From contig CAVNZM010000009.1 of the NCBI GenBank assembly GCA_963693365.1, positions 8,971,408 to 9,035,407 on the forward strand: a DNA stretch of 64,000 bases. Direction: 5' to 3'. Origin of the DNA: Amoebidium appalachense. Taxonomy: Eukaryota > Protista > Ichthyosporea. A program made the translations under genes and the position numbers. The notes under the pieces are model-generated. The model was given only the letters and a program-made list of their open reading frames with translations, was not told the DNA's origin and ran no database searches. Positions 50,918 through 64,000 of this stretch are shown one piece after another; the first letter of the stretch is position 1, and each line of letters begins with the position of its first letter.

Positions 50918-51243
50918 GGGGCAGGGTACGGGAGACGAGGTATTGAGTAAGTGGATGGGTGGGTGGGGAGGGGGGGGAGGGAGGGGAGGGGGAGCAGGGG
51001 TGTAGGTGGAGAGGGGGCCGGGGTTGCCAGGAATAGCTCTAGGTGTCTGTCTCTTCCCCCCTTCCCCTCCCCCCCCTTTTCCCGCCCCACACACCTTTTT
51101 TTCCTTCCTACTTCCTTGGTCGTTGTGTGGTTCGGGGAGGATTTTTTTTTTTTTTTTTTTTTCTCTCTCTCTCTCTCTCTCCCCCCCCTTTTTTTTTTTT
51201 TTTTTTGAAGGGAAAGGGGGGTGGGAAGGGTTTTTTTTTTTTT

Positions 51244-51274
<31 letters not shown>

Positions 51275-51464
51275 GGGGGGGTGGGGGGATGATATATCAG
51301 GATGGATGGACTGGCAGGGTGTGCACTCTCTGGTTATGTGGCAGGAAATGGGTCACAAATGAGTTGAAGGCTGATGAAATTAGACGAGTGTTGGTGCAGC
51401 TTTCATTTTTTCAACCCTCCATATCCCTTGCTTCGTGCTTCCTGTTTATTGCTCCAACGCGACA

Positions 51465-51526
<62 letters not shown>

Positions 51527-51551
51527 CGCGCGCGCGCGCGCACGCACACAG

Positions 51552-62473
<10,922 letters not shown>

Positions 62474-63038
62474 TATTCAGCCAAACCCCATGGGTTTTGA
62501 AAAATCTTTTATTTCTTTATTTACACCTTTTTTCAAACCATCCTACTTACATTGTGTGCGAAATATATTTTGTGTGGCTATGATGTTAATTGTGTGTTTT
62601 TCGGCCAATCAAAACACTCGGGCCAGCCTAATTGGGTTAAATTTTAAATTCCGAGGTTGCGAATTAAATTGATCTCAAGTGATATCCCTCTTCCATTTTG
62701 CTAACCAATCATCAATTACCATGTTCGTTTTTGTCCAACAATCTTGATTCTCAAGGTGACGAAATAATTCAGACATACCATAACGAGAAAGGTGTACTTG
62801 GCATTCTTTTTGTAGTGCTATGGTTACTGTGAATGTGTACGCTCTCAGTCACAATCATATTTATCTGTAATTTTAAATATCGGTATTACTGTGTTTGTCT
62901 GTATTTACTAAGTTTGACACTTTATCTGTATTTACGGTGTTTGACACGAATAGATATACCCATATATAGATATACCCATCAGCTGGGTAATATATATATG
63001 CTACCCAGAACAAACATCTTCGCACAGTCACAGATATC

Positions 63039-63227
63039 ATGGGGTGGTAAGAGCAAGAATCGTGTTTTGACGACATGGGGATGTGAGCCGAATGTCCAAA
63101 GTTTGCCTCGATTTGATTGGTGGGGTTCAATGGCTGACATGCCGAACCAATCAAATCGAGGCAGATTTCACCATGTGGCTCACATTCCAATGTCGTCGAA
63201 ACACGATTCTTGCTCTGACCACCCCAT
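63039..63227. mobile_element. ~190-bp near-perfect palindrome (MITE or hairpin-RNA locus)
   Basis: ATGGGGTGGTAAGAGCAAGAATCGTGTTTTGACGACAT..TGTGAGCC..TTTGCCTCGATTTGATTGGT pairs along its length with the right half, leaving a ~25-nt centre. Confidence 0.75.
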
Positions 63228-63452
63228 AGTACTGGCCGCTTTTGTCATCTGACTCTGTAAATGTAAATGCACATTATCAGAGATGGAATTTTGAATCCCC
63301 AAAGCAATGCTCAGCCTATGTAAGTGTGCACCTCAGTTGGAGCATCAGTATGAAGTTGTGTAAATAAACGGCTGTGTATGGGAATCTTGAAATTGCAACT
63401 GTGGAACGTATTGGTTTTTTTTTTTGTTATTGTGTTTTTTGTTTGTTTTTTT

Positions 63453-63484
<32 letters not shown>

Positions 63485-63523
63485 GTTCTTTACACTCGGT
63501 TTTCTCCTCAACGCCAAGCACTT

Positions 63524-63564
<41 letters not shown>

Positions 63565-64000
63565 TCACTCTCTCTCTTTCTCTCTCCCTCTCTCCCTCTC
63601 TCTCTGTCCCGCCCTCCCCTCCCCCTTCTCCCCCTCTCTCTCTCTGAAGCAAACACTGTGCATTAATAGTCAACAAAGCACTCACATGCACATACATAAA
63701 CACGCACACGCACATGCCACATTAGACGTCCTCGGTTACGGTAATGTGACACACAACTTAAGCGCCGTAGGCACGGCAACACGTGAACACACACATACAG
63801 ACGAATAGTCACACGCATTTGTACATGCGCATGCTCGCAGTGTTACGCACACGCACATAAATTCGTGCACACAGGCACACACAGGTGCACACGCACATGC
63901 ACACACGCGCACACTCACATGCTCACGCTCACGATCACACACGTGTACGCACACGCACACGCAAACACAAAGTTCACACGCGCACACACGCACACACACG

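Overview
Eukaryotic nuclear DNA, probably a unicellular opisthokont (inference from gene content), with introns packed with poly-C/poly-G and (CA)n/(GT)n tracts. Nearly all long entries in the ORF track are translations of these tracts. Genes reconstructed by hand: two divergent, intron-free secreted Kazal-like + class-3 lipase paralogs (4003-5366 -, 7046-8604 +), a 7-exon DUF885 gene, an intron-free secreted S1 protease that lacks its His/Asp segment, a 15-exon membrane-anchored ZZ/EF-hand gene, PI31/PSMF1, and an RNF216-like RBR E3 ligase. Several MITE-like inverted-repeat elements are also present. Three signals stand out. (1) A tandem array at about 22.0-28.4 kb of diverged, non-coding units of up to about 1 kb whose helices are kept by compensatory and G-U changes, suggesting a large structured RNA I cannot assign to a known family. 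(2) Both lipase paralogs keep a purifying-selected C-terminus in the -1 frame behind a G6 run. (3) Many introns have (CA)n running straight into the acceptor AG in place of a polypyrimidine tract, and poly-C just after the donor. All alignments and pairings were done by eye.
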